From NCBI GenBank assembly GCA_040954595.2, contig JBECUI020000061.1, positions 1-46,638 of the forward strand: a DNA stretch of 46,638 nucleotides, written 5' to 3'. Both the position numbers and the translations under genes were made by a program. Every line of letters starts with the position of its first letter. Positions within the stretch are counted from its first letter, which is position 1. The notes beneath the pieces were generated by a model, which worked only from the letters and a program-made list of their open reading frames with translations, did not search any database and was not told the DNA's origin. Of the stretch, positions 24,321-39,700 are shown piece by piece. This DNA comes from Balanoglossus misakiensis (Eukaryota > Animalia > Hemichordata).

Positions 24321-27300
24321 TTGGTGGCAGTAGAGCTGAGGAGAGCACCTTCCTTCCCGGCACGCCACCAAGTAAAGTTCCACGCCGCCCACCACAGATG
24401 CCAGCATTCATTCATGCGAGTGAGTGTAATTGCAAATTTGCCTATTCTAGATTCTTACGTGCCATTGGAGAGCTCCATTGACTGGTCATTCATACTGTTT
24501 TCATTCATTCATTGCGGCATCAATATATTTTATCTATTCTAGCCAAAGAGCTTGGCACCTGTTGAAATGAACTCATCTGCTGTGGGCCAGTTTATTGGTG
24601 GCAGTTGAGCTGAGGAGAGCACCTTCCTTCCCGGCACGCCACCAAGTAAAGTTCCACGCCGCCCACCACAGATGCCAGCATTCATTCATGCGAGTGAGTG
24701 TAATTGCAAATTTGCCTATTCTAGAATCTTACGTGCCATTGGAGAGCTCCATTGACTGGTCATTCATACTGTTTTCATTCATTCATTGCGGCATCAATAT
24801 ATTTTATCTATTCTAGCCAAAGAGCTTGGCACCTGTTGAAATGAACTCATCTGCTGTGGGCCAGTTTATTGGTGGCAGTTGAGCTGAGGAGAGCACCTTC
24901 CTTCCCGGCACGCCACCAAGTAAAGTTCCACGCCGCCCACCACAGATGCCAGCATTCATTCATGCGAGTGAGTGTAATTGCAAATTTGCCTATTCTAGAT
25001 CTGTAATGGAAATGGAGAAAGTACCTTATATTTTCTGTAAAATAGACATTTAATTGGCAAGCCGTCCTGCATCAATTATTAATTGTGTACATGCACTAAA
25101 GCGCCCTCACTGCTGGGTGTGTTGTATGGTCTTTAACCCTGTTTCAAATTAGAGTACTTTCTGCAATTTCAAGACAGATCTTACGTGCCATTGGAGAGCT
25201 CCATTGACTGGTCATTCATACTGTTTTCATTCATTCATTGCGGCATCAATATATTTTATCTATTCTAGCCAAAGAGCTTGGCACCTGTTGAAATGAACTC
25301 ATCTGCTGTGGGCCAGTTTATTGGTGGCAGTTGAGCTGAGGAGAGCACCTTCCTTCCCGGCACGCCACCAAGTAAAGTTCCACGCCGCCCACCACAGATG
25401 CCAGCATTCATTCATGCGAGTGAGTGTAATTGCAAATTTGCCTATTCTAGATCTGTAATGGAAATGGAGAAAGTACCTTATATTTTCTGTAAAATAGACA
25501 TTTAATTGGCAAGCCGTCCTGCATCAATTATTAATTGTGTACATGCACTAAAGCGCCCTCACTGCTGGGTGTGTTGTATGGTCTTTAACCCTGTTTCAAA
25601 TTAGAGTACTTTCTGCAATTTCAAGACAGATCTTACGTGCCATTGGAGAGCTCCATTGACTGGTCATTCATACTGTTTTCATTCATTCATTGCGGCATCA
25701 ATATATTTTATCTATTCTAGCCAAAGAGCTTGGCACCTGTTGAAATGAACTCATCTGCTGTGGGCCAGTTTATTGGTGGCAGTTGAGCTGAGGAGAGCAC
25801 CTTCCTTCCCGGCACGCCACCAAGTAAAGTTCCACGCCGCCCACCACAGATGCCAGCATTCATTCATGCGAGTGAGTGTAATTGCAAATTTGCCTATTCT
25901 AGATCTGTAATGGAAATGGAGAAAGTACCTTATATTTTCTGTAAAATAGACATTTAATTGGCAAGCCGTCCTGCATCAATTATTAATTGTGTACATGCAC
26001 TAAAGCGCCCTCACTGCTGGGTGTGTTGTATGGTCTTTAACCCTGTTTCAAATTAGAGTACTTTCTGCAATTTCAAGACAGATCTTACGTGCCATTGGAG
26101 AGCTCCATTGACTGGTCATTCATACTGTTTTCATTCATTCATTGCGGCATCAATATATTTTATCTATTCTAGCCAAAGAGCTTGGCACCTGTTGAAATGA
26201 ACTCATCTGCTGTGGGCCAGTTTATTGGTGGCAGTTGAGCTGAGGAGAGCACCTTCCTTCCCGGCACGCCACCAAGTAAAGTTCCACGCCGCCCACCACA
26301 GATGCCAGCATTCATTCATGCGAGTGAGTGTAATTGCAAATTTGCCTATTCTAGAATTCTTACGTGCCATTGGAGAGCTCCATTGACTGGTCATTCATAC
26401 TGTTTTCATTCATTCATTGCGGCATCAATATATTTTATCTATTCTAGCCAAAGAGCTTGGCACCTGTTGAAATGAACTCATCTGCTGTGGGCCAGTTTAT
26501 TGGTGGCAGTTGAGCTGAGGAGAGCACCTTCCTTCCCGGCACGCCACCAAGTAAAGTTCCACGCCGCCCACCACAGATGCCAGCATTCATTCATGCGAGT
26601 GAGTGTAATTGCAAATTTGCCTATTCTAGATCTGTAATGGAAATGGAGAAAGTACCTTATATTTTCTGTAAAATAGACATTTAATTGGCAAGCCGTCCTG
26701 CATCAATTATTAATTGTGTACATGCACTAAAGCGCCCTCACTGCTGGGTGTGTTGTATGGTCTTTAACCCTGTTTCAAATTAGAGTACTTTCTGCAATTT
26801 CAAGACAGATCTTACGTGCCATTGGAGAGCTCCATTGACTGGTCATTCATACTGTTTTCATTCATTCATTGCGGCATCAATATATTTTATCTATTCTAGC
26901 CAAAGAGCTTGGCACCTGTTGAAATGAACTCATCTGCTGTGGGCCAGTTTATTGGTGGCAGTTGAGCTGAGGAGAGCACCTTCTTTCCCGGCACGCCACC
27001 AAGTAAAGTTCCACGCCGCCCACCACAGATGCCAGCATTCATTCATGCGAGTGAGTGTAATTGCAAATTTGCCTATTCTAGAATCTTACGTGCCATTGGA
27101 GAGCTCCATTGACTGGTCATTCATACTGTTTTCATTCATTCATTGCGGCATCAATATATTTTATCTATTCTAGCCAAAGAGCTTGGCACCTGTTGAAATG
27201 AACTCATCTGCTGTGGGCCAGTTTATTGGTGGCAGTTGAGCTGAGGAGAGCACCTTCTTTCCCGGCACGCCACCAAGTAAAGTTCCACGCCGCCCACCAC

Positions 27301-29490
27301 AGATGCCAGCATTCATTCATGCGAGTGAGTGTAATTGCAAATTTGCCTATTTACGTGCCATTGGAGAGCTCCATTGACTGGTCATTCATACTGTTTTCAT
27401 TCATTCATTGCGGCATCAATATATTTTATCTATTCTAGCCAAAGAGCTTGGCACCTGTTGAAATGAACTCATCTGCTGTGGGCCAGTTTATTGGTGGCAG
27501 TTGAGCTGAGGAGAGCACCTTCCTTCCCGGCACGCCACCAAGTAAAGTTCCACGCCGCCCACCACAGATGCCAGCATTCATTCATGCGAGTGAGTGTAAT
27601 TGCAAATTTGCCTATTCTAGATCTGTAATGGAAATGGAGAAAGTACCTTATATTTTCTGTAAAATAGACATTTAATTGGCAAGCCGTCCTGCATCAATTA
27701 TTAATTGTGTACATGCACTAAAGCGCCCTCACTGCTGGGTGTGTTGTATGGTCTTTAACCCTGTTTCAAATTAGAGTACTTTCTGCAATTTCAAGACAGA
27801 TCTTACGTGCCATTGGAGAGCTCCATTGACTGGTCATTCATACTGTTTTCATTCATTCATTGCGGCATCAATATATTTTATCTATTCTAGCCAAAGAGCT
27901 TGGCACCTGTTGAAATGAACTCATCTGCTGTGGGCCAGTTTATTGGTGGCAGTTGAGCTGAGGAGAGCACCTTCTTTCCCGGCACGCCACCAAGTAAAGT
28001 TCCACGCCGCCCACCACAGATGCCAGCATTCATTCATGCGAGTGAGTGTAATTGCAAATTTGCCTATTCTAGAATCTTACGTGCCATTGGAGAGCTCCAT
28101 TGACTGGTCATTCATACTGTTTTCATTTATTCATTGCGGCATCAATATATTTTATCTATTCTAGCCAAAGAGCTTGGCACCTGTTGAAATGAACTCATCT
28201 GCTGTGGGCCAGTTTATTGGTGGCAGTTGAGCTGAGGAGAGCACCTTCTTTCCCGGCACGCCACCAAGTAAAGTTCCACGCCGCCCACCACAGATGCCAG
28301 CATTCATTCATGCGAGTGAGTGTAATTGCAAATTTGCCTATTCTAGAATCTTACGTGCCATTGGAGAGCTCCATTGACTGGTCATTCATACTGTTTTCAT
28401 TCATTCATTGCAGCATCAATATATTTTATCTATTCTAGCCAAAGAGCTTGGCACCTGTTGAAATGAACTCATCTGCTGTGGGCCAGTTTATTGGTGGCAG
28501 TTGAGCTGAGGAGAGCACCTTCCTTCCCGGCACGCCACCAAGTAAAGTTCCACGCCGCCCACCACAGATGCCAGCATTCATTCATGCGAGTGAGTGTAAT
28601 TGCAAATTTGCCTATTCTAGAATCTTACGTGCCATTGGAGAGCTCCATTGACTGGTCATTCATACTGTTTTCATTCATTCATTGCGGCATCAATATATTT
28701 TATCTATTCTAGCCAAAGAGCTTGGCACCTGTTGAAATGAACTCATCTGCTGTGGGCCAGTTTATTGGTGGCAGTTGAGCTGAGGAGAGCACCTTCCTTC
28801 CCGGCACGCCACCAAGTAAAGTTCCACGCCGCCCACCACAGATGCCAGCATTCATTCATGCGAGTGAGTGTAATTGCAAATTTGCCTATTCTAGAATCTT
28901 ACGTGCCATTGGAGAGCTCCATTGACTGGTCATTCATACTGTTTTCATTCATTCATTGCGGCATCAATATATTTTATCTATTCTAGCCGAAGAGCTTGGC
29001 ACCTGTTGAAATGAACTCATCTGCTGTGGGCCAGTTTATTGGTGGCAGTTGAGCTGAGGAGAGCACCTTCCTTCCCGGCACGCCACCAAGTAAAGTTCCA
29101 CGCCGCCCACCACAGATGCCAGCATTCATTCATGCGAGTGAGTGTAATTGCAAATTTGCCTATTCTAGATCTGTAATGGAAATGGAGAAAGTACCTTATA
29201 TTTTCTGTAAAATAGACATTTAATTGGCAAGCCGTCCTGCATCAATTATTAATTGTGTACATGCACTAAAGCGCCCTCACTGCTGGGTGTGTTGTATGGT
29301 CTTTAACCCTGTTTCAAATTAGAGTACTTTCTGCAATTTCAAGACAGATCTTACGTGCCATTGGAGAGCTCCATTGACTGGTCATTCATACTGTTTTCAT
29401 TCATTCATTGCGGCATCAATATATTTTATCTATTCTAGCCAAAGAGCTTGGCACCTGTTGAAATGAACTCATCTGCTGTGGGCCAGTTTA

Positions 29491-32400
29491 TTGGTGGCAG
29501 TTGAGCTGAGGAGAGCACCTTCCTTCCCGGCACGCCACCAAGTAAAGTTCCACGCCGCCCACCACAGATGCCAGCATTCATTCATGCGAGTGAGTGTAAT
29601 TGCAAATTTGCCTATTCTAGATTCTTACGTGCCATTGGAGAGCTCCATTGACTGGTCATTCATACTGTTTTCATTCATTCATTGCGGCATCAATATATTT
29701 TATCTATTCTAGCCAAAGAGCTTGGCACCTGTTGAAATGAACTCATCTGCTGTGGGCCAGTTTATTGGTGGCAGTTGAGCTGAGGAGAGCACCTTCCTTC
29801 CCGGCACGCCACCAAGTAAAGTTCCACGCCGCCCACCACAGATGCCAGCATTCATTCATGCGAGTGAGTGTAATTGCAAATTTGCCTATTCTAGAATCTT
29901 ACGTGCCATTGGAGAGCTCCATTGACTGGTCATTCATACTGTTTTCATTCATTCATTGCGGCATCAATATATTTTATCTATTCTAGCCAAAGAGCTTGGC
30001 ACCTGTTGAAATGAACTCATCTGCTGTGGGCCAGTTTATTGGTGGCAGTTGAGCTGAGGAGAGCACCTTCCTTCCCGGCACGCCACCAAGTAAAGTTCCA
30101 CGCCGCCCACCACAGATGCCAGCATTCATTCATGCGAGTGAGTGTAATTGCAAATTTGCCTATTCTAGATCTGTAATGGAAATGGAGAAAGTACCTTATA
30201 TTTTCTGTAAAATAGACATTTAATTGGCAAGCCGTCCTGCATCAATTATTAATTGTGTACATGCACTAAAGCGCCCTCACTGCTGGGTGTGTTGTATGGT
30301 CTTTAACCCTGTTTCAAATTAGAGTACTTTCTGCAATTTCAAGACAGATCTTACGTGCCATTGGAGAGCTCCATTGACTGGTCATTCATACTGTTTTCAT
30401 TCATTCATTGCGGCATCAATATATTTTATCTATTCTAGCCAAAGAGCTTGGCACCTGTTGAAATGAACTCATCTGCTGTGGGCCAGTTTATTGGTGGCAG
30501 TTGAGCTGAGGAGAGCACCTTCCTTCCCGGCACGCCACCAAGTAAAGTTCCACGCCGCCCACCACAGATGCCAGCATTCATTCATGCGAGTGAGTGTAAT
30601 TGCAAATTTGCCTATTCTAGATCTGTAATGGAAATGGAGAAAGTACCTTATATTTTCTGTAAAATAGACATTTAATTGGCAAGCCGTCCTGCATCAATTA
30701 TTAATTGTGTACATGCACTAAAGCGCCCTCACTGCTGGGTGTGTTGTATGGTCTTTAACCCTGTTTCAAATTAGAGTACTTTCTGCAATTTCAAGACAGA
30801 TCTTACGTGCCATTGGAGAGCTCCATTGACTGGTCATTCATACTGTTTTCATTCATTCATTGCGGCATCAATATATTTTATCTATTCTAGCCAAAGAGCT
30901 TGGCACCTGTTGAAATGAACTCATCTGCTGTGGGCCAGTTTATTGGTGGCAGTTGAGCTGAGGAGAGCACCTTCCTTCCCGGCACGCCACCAAGTAAAGT
31001 TCCACGCCGCCCACCACAGATGCCAGCATTCATTCATGCGAGTGAGTGTAATTGCAAATTTGCCTATTCTAGATCTGTAATGGAAATGGAGAAAGTACCT
31101 TATATTTTCTGTAAAATAGACATTTAATTGGCAAGCCGTCCTGCATCAATTATTAATTGTGTACATGCACTAAAGCGCCCTCACTGCTGGGTGTGTTGTA
31201 TGGTCTTTAACCCTGTTTCAAATTAGAGTACTTTCTGCAATTTCAAGACAGATCTTACGTGCCATTGGAGAGCTCCATTGACTGGTCATTCATACTGTTT
31301 TCATTCATTCATTGCGGCATCAATATATTTTATCTATTCTAGCCAAAGAGCTTGGCACCTGTTGAAATGAACTCATCTGCTGTGGGCCAGTTTATTGGTG
31401 GCAGTTGAGCTGAGGAGAGCACCTTCCTTCCCGGCACGCCACCAAGTAAAGTTCCACGCCGCCCACCACAGATGCCAGCATTCATTCATGCGAGTGAGTG
31501 TAATTGCAAATTTGCCTATTCTAGATCTGTAATGGAAATGGAGAAAGTACCTTATATTTTCTGTAAAATAGACATTTAATTGGCAAGCCGTCCTGCATCA
31601 ATTATTAATTGTGTACATGCACTAAAGCGCCCTCACTGCTGGGTGTGTTGTATGGTCTTTAACCCTGTTTCAAATTAGAGTACTTTCTGCAATTTCAAGA
31701 CAGATCTTACGTGCCATTGGAGAGCTCCATTGACTGGTCATTCATACTGTTTTCATTCATTCATTGCGGCATCAATATATTTTATCTATTCTAGCCAAAG
31801 AGCTTGGCACCTGTTGAAATGAACTCATCTGCTGTGGGCCAGTTTATTGGTGGCAGTTGAGCTGAGGAGAGCACCTTCCTTCCCGGCACGCCACCAAGTA
31901 AAGTTCCACGCCGCCCACCACAGATGCCAGCATTCATTCATGCGAGTGAGTGTAATTGCAAATTTGCCTATTCTAGATCTGTAATGGAAATGGAGAAAGT
32001 ACCTTATATTTTCTGTAAAATAGACATTTAATTGGCAAGCCGTCCTGCATCAATTATTAATTGTGTACATGCACTAAAGCGCCCTCACTGCTGGGTGTGT
32101 TGTATGGTCTTTAACCCTGTTTCAAATTAGAGTACTTTCTGCAATTTCAAGACAGATCTTACGTGCCATTGGAGAGCTCCATTGACTGGTCATTCATACT
32201 GTTTTCATTCATTCATTGCGGCATCAATATATTTTATCTATTCTAGCCAAAGAGCTTGGCACCTGTTGAAATGAACTCATCTGCTGTGGGCCAGTTTATT
32301 GGTGGCAGTTGAGCTGAGGAGAGCACCTTCCTTCCCGGCACGCCACCAAGTAAAGTTCCACGCCGCCCACCACAGATGCCAGCATTCATTCATGCGAGTG

Positions 32401-35400
32401 AGTGTAATTGCAAATTTGCCTATTCTAGATCTGTAATGGAAATGGAGAAAGTACCTTATATTTTCTGTAAAATAGACATTTAATTGGCAAGCCGTCCTGC
32501 ATCAATTATTAATTGTGTACATGCACTAAAGCGCCCTCACTGCTGGGTGTGTTGTATGGTCTTTAACCCTGTTTCAAATTAGAGTACTTTCTGCAATTTC
32601 AAGACAGATCTTACGTGCCATTGGAGAGCTCCATTGACTGGTCATTCATACTGTTTTCATTCATTCATTGCGGCATCAATATATTTTATCTATTCTAGCC
32701 AAAGAGCTTGGCACCTGTTGAAATGAACTCATCTGCTGTGGGCCAGTTTATTGGTGGCAGTTGAGCTGAGGAGAGCACCTTCTTTCCCGGCACGCCACCA
32801 AGTAAAGTTCCACGCCGCCCACCACAGATGCCAGCATTCATTCATGCGAGTGAGTGTAATTGCAAATTTGCCTATTTACGTGCCATTGGAGAGCTCCATT
32901 GACTGGTCATTCATACTGTTTTCATTCATTCATTGCGGCATCAATATATTTTATCTATTCTAGCCAAAGAGCTTGGCACCTGTTGAAATGAACTCATCTG
33001 CTGTGGGCCAGTTTATTGGTGGCAGTTGAGCTGAGGAGAGCACCTTCCTTCCCGGCACGCCACCAAGTAAAGTTCCACGCCGCCCACCACAGATGCCAGC
33101 ATTCATTCATGCGAGTGAGTGTAATTGCAAATTTGCCTATTCTAGATCTGTAATGGAAATGGAGAAAGTACCTTATATTTTCTGTAAAATAGACATTTAA
33201 TTGGCAAGCCGTCCTGCATCAATTATTAATTGTGTACATGCACTAAAGCGCCCTCACTGCTGGGTGTGTTGTATGGTCTTTAACCCTGTTTCAAATTAGA
33301 GTACTTTCTGCAATTTCAAGACAGATCTTACGTGCCATTGGAGAGCTCCATTGACTGGTCATTCATACTGTTTTCATTCATTCATTGCGGCATCAATATA
33401 TTTTATCTATTCTAGCCAAAGAGCTTGGCACCTGTTGAAATGAACTCATCTGCTGTGGGCCAGTTTATTGGTGGCAGTTGAGCTGAGGAGAGCACCTTCC
33501 TTCCCGGCACGCCACCAAGTAAAGTTCCACGCCGCCCACCACAGATGCCAGCATTCATTCATGCGAGTGAGTGTAATTGCAAATTTGCCTATTCTAGAAT
33601 TCTTACGTGCCATTGGAGAGCTCCATTGACTGGTCATTCATACTGTTTTCATTCATTCATTGCGGCATCAATATATTTTATCTATTCTAGCCAAAGAGCT
33701 TGGCACCTGTTGAAATGAACTCATCTGCTGTGGGCCAGTTTATTGGTGGCAGTTGAGCTGAGGAGAGCACCTTCCTTCCCGGCACGCCACCAAGTAAAGT
33801 TCCACGCCGCCCACCACAGATGCCAGCATTCATTCATGCGAGTGAGTGTAATTGCAAATTTGCCTATTCTAGATCTGTAATGGAAATGGAGAAAGTACCT
33901 TATATTTTCTGTAAAATAGACATTTAATTGGCAAGCCGTCCTGCATCAATTATTAATTGTGTACATGCACTAAAGCGCCCTCACTGCTGGGTGTGTTGTA
34001 TGGTCTTTAACCCTGTTTCAAATTAGAGTACTTTCTGCAATTTCAAGACAGATCTTACGTGCCATTGGAGAGCTCCATTGACTGGTCATTCATACTGTTT
34101 TCATTCATTCATTGCGGCATCAATATATTTTATCTATTCTAGCCAAAGAGCTTGGCACCTGTTGAAATGAACTCATCTGCTGTGGGCCAGTTTATTGGTG
34201 GCAGTTGAGCTGAGGAGAGCACCTTCTTTCCCGGCACGCCACCAAGTAAAGTTCCACGCCGCCCACCACAGATGCCAGCATTCATTCATGCGAGTGAGTG
34301 TAATTGCAAATTTGCCTATTCTAGAATCTTACGTGCCATTGGAGAGCTCCATTGACTGGTCATTCATACTGTTTTCATTCATTCATTGCGGCATCAATAT
34401 ATTTTATCTATTCTAGCCAAAGAGCTTGGCACCTGTTGAAATGAACTCATCTGCTGTGGGCCAGTTTATTGGTGGCAGTTGAGCTGAGGAGAGCACCTTC
34501 TTTCCCGGCACGCCACCAAGTAAAGTTCCACGCCGCCCACCACAGATGCCAGCATTCATTCATGCGAGTGAGTGTAATTGCAAATTTGCCTATTTACGTG
34601 CCATTGGAGAGCTCCATTGACTGGTCATTCATACTGTTTTCATTCATTCATTGCGGCATCAATATATTTTATCTATTCTAGCCAAAGAGCTTGGCACCTG
34701 TTGAAATGAACTCATCTGCTGTGGGCCAGTTTATTGGTGGCAGTTGAGCTGAGGAGAGCACCTTCCTTCCCGGCACGCCACCAAGTAAAGTTCCACGCCG
34801 CCCACCACAGATGCCAGCATTCATTCATGCGAGTGAGTGTAATTGCAAATTTGCCTATTCTAGATCTGTAATGGAAATGGAGAAAGTACCTTATATTTTC
34901 TGTAAAATAGACATTTAATTGGCAAGCCGTCCTGCATCAATTATTAATTGTGTACATGCACTAAAGCGCCCTCACTGCTGGGTGTGTTGTATGGTCTTTA
35001 ACCCTGTTTCAAATTAGAGTACTTTCTGCAATTTCAAGACAGATCTTACGTGCCATTGGAGAGCTCCATTGACTGGTCATTCATACTGTTTTCATTCATT
35101 CATTGCGGCATCAATATATTTTATCTATTCTAGCCAAAGAGCTTGGCACCTGTTGAAATGAACTCATCTGCTGTGGGCCAGTTTATTGGTGGCAGTTGAG
35201 CTGAGGAGAGCACCTTCTTTCCCGGCACGCCACCAAGTAAAGTTCCACGCCGCCCACCACAGATGCCAGCATTCATTCATGCGAGTGAGTGTAATTGCAA
35301 ATTTGCCTATTCTAGAATCTTACGTGCCATTGGAGAGCTCCATTGACTGGTCATTCATACTGTTTTCATTCATTCATTGCGGCATCAATATATTTTATCT

Positions 35401-36733
35401 ATTCTAGCCAAAGAGCTTGGCACCTGTTGAAATGAACTCATCTGCTGTGGGCCAGTTTATTGGTGGCAGTTGAGCTGAGGAGAGCACCTTCTTTCCCGGC
35501 ACGCCACCAAGTAAAGTTCCACGCCGCCCACCACAGATGCCAGCATTCATTCATGCGAGTGAGTGTAATTGCAAATTTGCCTATTCTAGAATCTTACGTG
35601 CCATTGGAGAGCTCCATTGACTGGTCATTCATACTGTTTTCATTCATTCATTGCGGCATCAATATATTTTATCTATTCTAGCCAAAGAGCTTGGCACCTG
35701 TTGAAATGAACTCATCTGCTGTGGGCCAGTTTATTGGTGGCAGTTGAGCTGAGGAGAGCACCTTCCTTCCCGGCACGCCACCAAGTAAAGTTCCACGCCG
35801 CCCACCACAGATGCCAGCATTCATTCATGCGAGTGAGTGTAATTGCAAATTTGCCTATTCTAGAATCTTACGTGCCATTGGAGAGCTCCATTGACTGGTC
35901 ATTCATACTGTTTTCATTCATTCATTGCGGCATCAATATATTTTATCTATTCTAGCCAAAGAGCTTGGCACCTGTTGAAATGAACTCATCTGCTGTGGGC
36001 CAGTTTATTGGTGGCAGTTGAGCTGAGGAGAGCACCTTCCTTCCCGGCACGCCACCAAGTAAAGTTCCACGCCGCCCACCACAGATGCCAGCATTCATTC
36101 ATGCGAGTGAGTGTAATTGCAAATTTGCCTATTCTAGAATCTTACGTGCCATTGGAGAGCTCCATTGACTGGTCATTCATACTGTTTTCATTCATTCATT
36201 GCGGCATCAATATATTTTATCTATTCTAGCCGAAGAGCTTGGCACCTGTTGAAATGAACTCATCTGCTGTGGGCCAGTTTATTGGTGGCAGTTGAGCTGA
36301 GGAGAGCACCTTCCTTCCCGGCACGCCACCAAGTAAAGTTCCACGCCGCCCACCACAGATGCCAGCATTCATTCATGCGAGTGAGTGTAATTGCAAATTT
36401 GCCTATTCTAGATCTGTAATGGAAATGGAGAAAGTACCTTATATTTTCTGTAAAATAGACATTTAATTGGCAAGCCGTCCTGCATCAATTATTAATTGTG
36501 TACATGCACTAAAGCGCCCTCACTGCTGGGTGTGTTGTATGGTCTTTAACCCTGTTTCAAATTAGAGTACTTTCTGCAATTTCAAGACAGATCTTACGTG
36601 CCATTGGAGAGCTCCATTGACTGGTCATTCATACTGTTTTCATTCATTCATTGCGGCATCAATATATTTTATCTATTCTAGCCAAAGAGCTTGGCACCTG
36701 TTGAAATGAACTCATCTGCTGTGGGCCAGTTTA
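29491..36733 (+). repeat. Higher-order repeat, full 7,243-bp copy 3
   Basis: Unit order identical to 3948-11190. Confidence 0.95.
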
Positions 36734-39700
36734 TTGGTGGCAGTTGAGCTGAGGAGAGCACCTTCCTTCCCGGCACGCCACCAAGTAAAGTTCCACGCCG
36801 CCCACCACAGATGCCAGCATTCATTCATGCGAGTGAGTGTAATTGCAAATTTGCCTATTCTAGATTCTTACGTGCCATTGGAGAGCTCCATTGACTGGTC
36901 ATTCATACTGTTTTCATTCATTCATTGCGGCATCAATATATTTTATCTATTCTAGCCAAAGAGCTTGGCACCTGTTGAAATGAACTCATCTGCTGTGGGC
37001 CAGTTTATTGGTGGCAGTTGAGCTGAGGAGAGCACCTTCCTTCCCGGCACGCCACCAAGTAAAGTTCCACGCCGCCCACCACAGATGCCAGCATTCATTC
37101 ATGCGAGTGAGTGTAATTGCAAATTTGCCTATTCTAGAATCTTACGTGCCATTGGAGAGCTCCATTGACTGGTCATTCATACTGTTTTCATTCATTCATT
37201 GCGGCATCAATATATTTTATCTATTCTAGCCAAAGAGCTTGGCACCTGTTGAAATGAACTCATCTGCTGTGGGCCAGTTTATTGGTGGCAGTTGAGCTGA
37301 GGAGAGCACCTTCCTTCCCGGCACGCCACCAAGTAAAGTTCCACGCCGCCCACCACAGATGCCAGCATTCATTCATGCGAGTGAGTGTAATTGCAAATTT
37401 GCCTATTCTAGATCTGTAATGGAAATGGAGAAAGTACCTTATATTTTCTGTAAAATAGACATTTAATTGGCAAGCCGTCCTGCATCAATTATTAATTGTG
37501 TACATGCACTAAAGCGCCCTCACTGCTGGGTGTGTTGTATGGTCTTTAACCCTGTTTCAAATTAGAGTACTTTCTGCAATTTCAAGACAGATCTTACGTG
37601 CCATTGGAGAGCTCCATTGACTGGTCATTCATACTGTTTTCATTCATTCATTGCGGCATCAATATATTTTATCTATTCTAGCCAAAGAGCTTGGCACCTG
37701 TTGAAATGAACTCATCTGCTGTGGGCCAGTTTATTGGTGGCAGTTGAGCTGAGGAGAGCACCTTCCTTCCCGGCACGCCACCAAGTAAAGTTCCACGCCG
37801 CCCACCACAGATGCCAGCATTCATTCATGCGAGTGAGTGTAATTGCAAATTTGCCTATTCTAGATCTGTAATGGAAATGGAGAAAGTACCTTATATTTTC
37901 TGTAAAATAGACATTTAATTGGCAAGCCGTCCTGCATCAATTATTAATTGTGTACATGCACTAAAGCGCCCTCACTGCTGGGTGTGTTGTATGGTCTTTA
38001 ACCCTGTTTCAAATTAGAGTACTTTCTGCAATTTCAAGACAGATCTTACGTGCCATTGGAGAGCTCCATTGACTGGTCATTCATACTGTTTTCATTCATT
38101 CATTGCGGCATCAATATATTTTATCTATTCTAGCCAAAGAGCTTGGCACCTGTTGAAATGAACTCATCTGCTGTGGGCCAGTTTATTGGTGGCAGTTGAG
38201 CTGAGGAGAGCACCTTCCTTCCCGGCACGCCACCAAGTAAAGTTCCACGCCGCCCACCACAGATGCCAGCATTCATTCATGCGAGTGAGTGTAATTGCAA
38301 ATTTGCCTATTCTAGATCTGTAATGGAAATGGAGAAAGTACCTTATATTTTCTGTAAAATAGACATTTAATTGGCAAGCCGTCCTGCATCAATTATTAAT
38401 TGTGTACATGCACTAAAGCGCCCTCACTGCTGGGTGTGTTGTATGGTCTTTAACCCTGTTTCAAATTAGAGTACTTTCTGCAATTTCAAGACAGATCTTA
38501 CGTGCCATTGGAGAGCTCCATTGACTGGTCATTCATACTGTTTTCATTCATTCATTGCGGCATCAATATATTTTATCTATTCTAGCCAAAGAGCTTGGCA
38601 CCTGTTGAAATGAACTCATCTGCTGTGGGCCAGTTTATTGGTGGCAGTTGAGCTGAGGAGAGCACCTTCCTTCCCGGCACGCCACCAAGTAAAGTTCCAC
38701 GCCGCCCACCACAGATGCCAGCATTCATTCATGCGAGTGAGTGTAATTGCAAATTTGCCTATTCTAGATCTGTAATGGAAATGGAGAAAGTACCTTATAT
38801 TTTCTGTAAAATAGACATTTAATTGGCAAGCCGTCCTGCATCAATTATTAATTGTGTACATGCACTAAAGCGCCCTCACTGCTGGGTGTGTTGTATGGTC
38901 TTTAACCCTGTTTCAAATTAGAGTACTTTCTGCAATTTCAAGACAGATCTTACGTGCCATTGGAGAGCTCCATTGACTGGTCATTCATACTGTTTTCATT
39001 CATTCATTGCGGCATCAATATATTTTATCTATTCTAGCCAAAGAGCTTGGCACCTGTTGAAATGAACTCATCTGCTGTGGGCCAGTTTATTGGTGGCAGT
39101 TGAGCTGAGGAGAGCACCTTCCTTCCCGGCACGCCACCAAGTAAAGTTCCACGCCGCCCACCACAGATGCCAGCATTCATTCATGCGAGTGAGTGTAATT
39201 GCAAATTTGCCTATTCTAGATCTGTAATGGAAATGGAGAAAGTACCTTATATTTTCTGTAAAATAGACATTTAATTGGCAAGCCGTCCTGCATCAATTAT
39301 TAATTGTGTACATGCACTAAAGCGCCCTCACTGCTGGGTGTGTTGTATGGTCTTTAACCCTGTTTCAAATTAGAGTACTTTCTGCAATTTCAAGACAGAT
39401 CTTACGTGCCATTGGAGAGCTCCATTGACTGGTCATTCATACTGTTTTCATTCATTCATTGCGGCATCAATATATTTTATCTATTCTAGCCAAAGAGCTT
39501 GGCACCTGTTGAAATGAACTCATCTGCTGTGGGCCAGTTTATTGGTGGCAGTTGAGCTGAGGAGAGCACCTTCCTTCCCGGCACGCCACCAAGTAAAGTT
39601 CCACGCCGCCCACCACAGATGCCAGCATTCATTCATGCGAGTGAGTGTAATTGCAAATTTGCCTATTCTAGATCTGTAATGGAAATGGAGAAAGTACCTT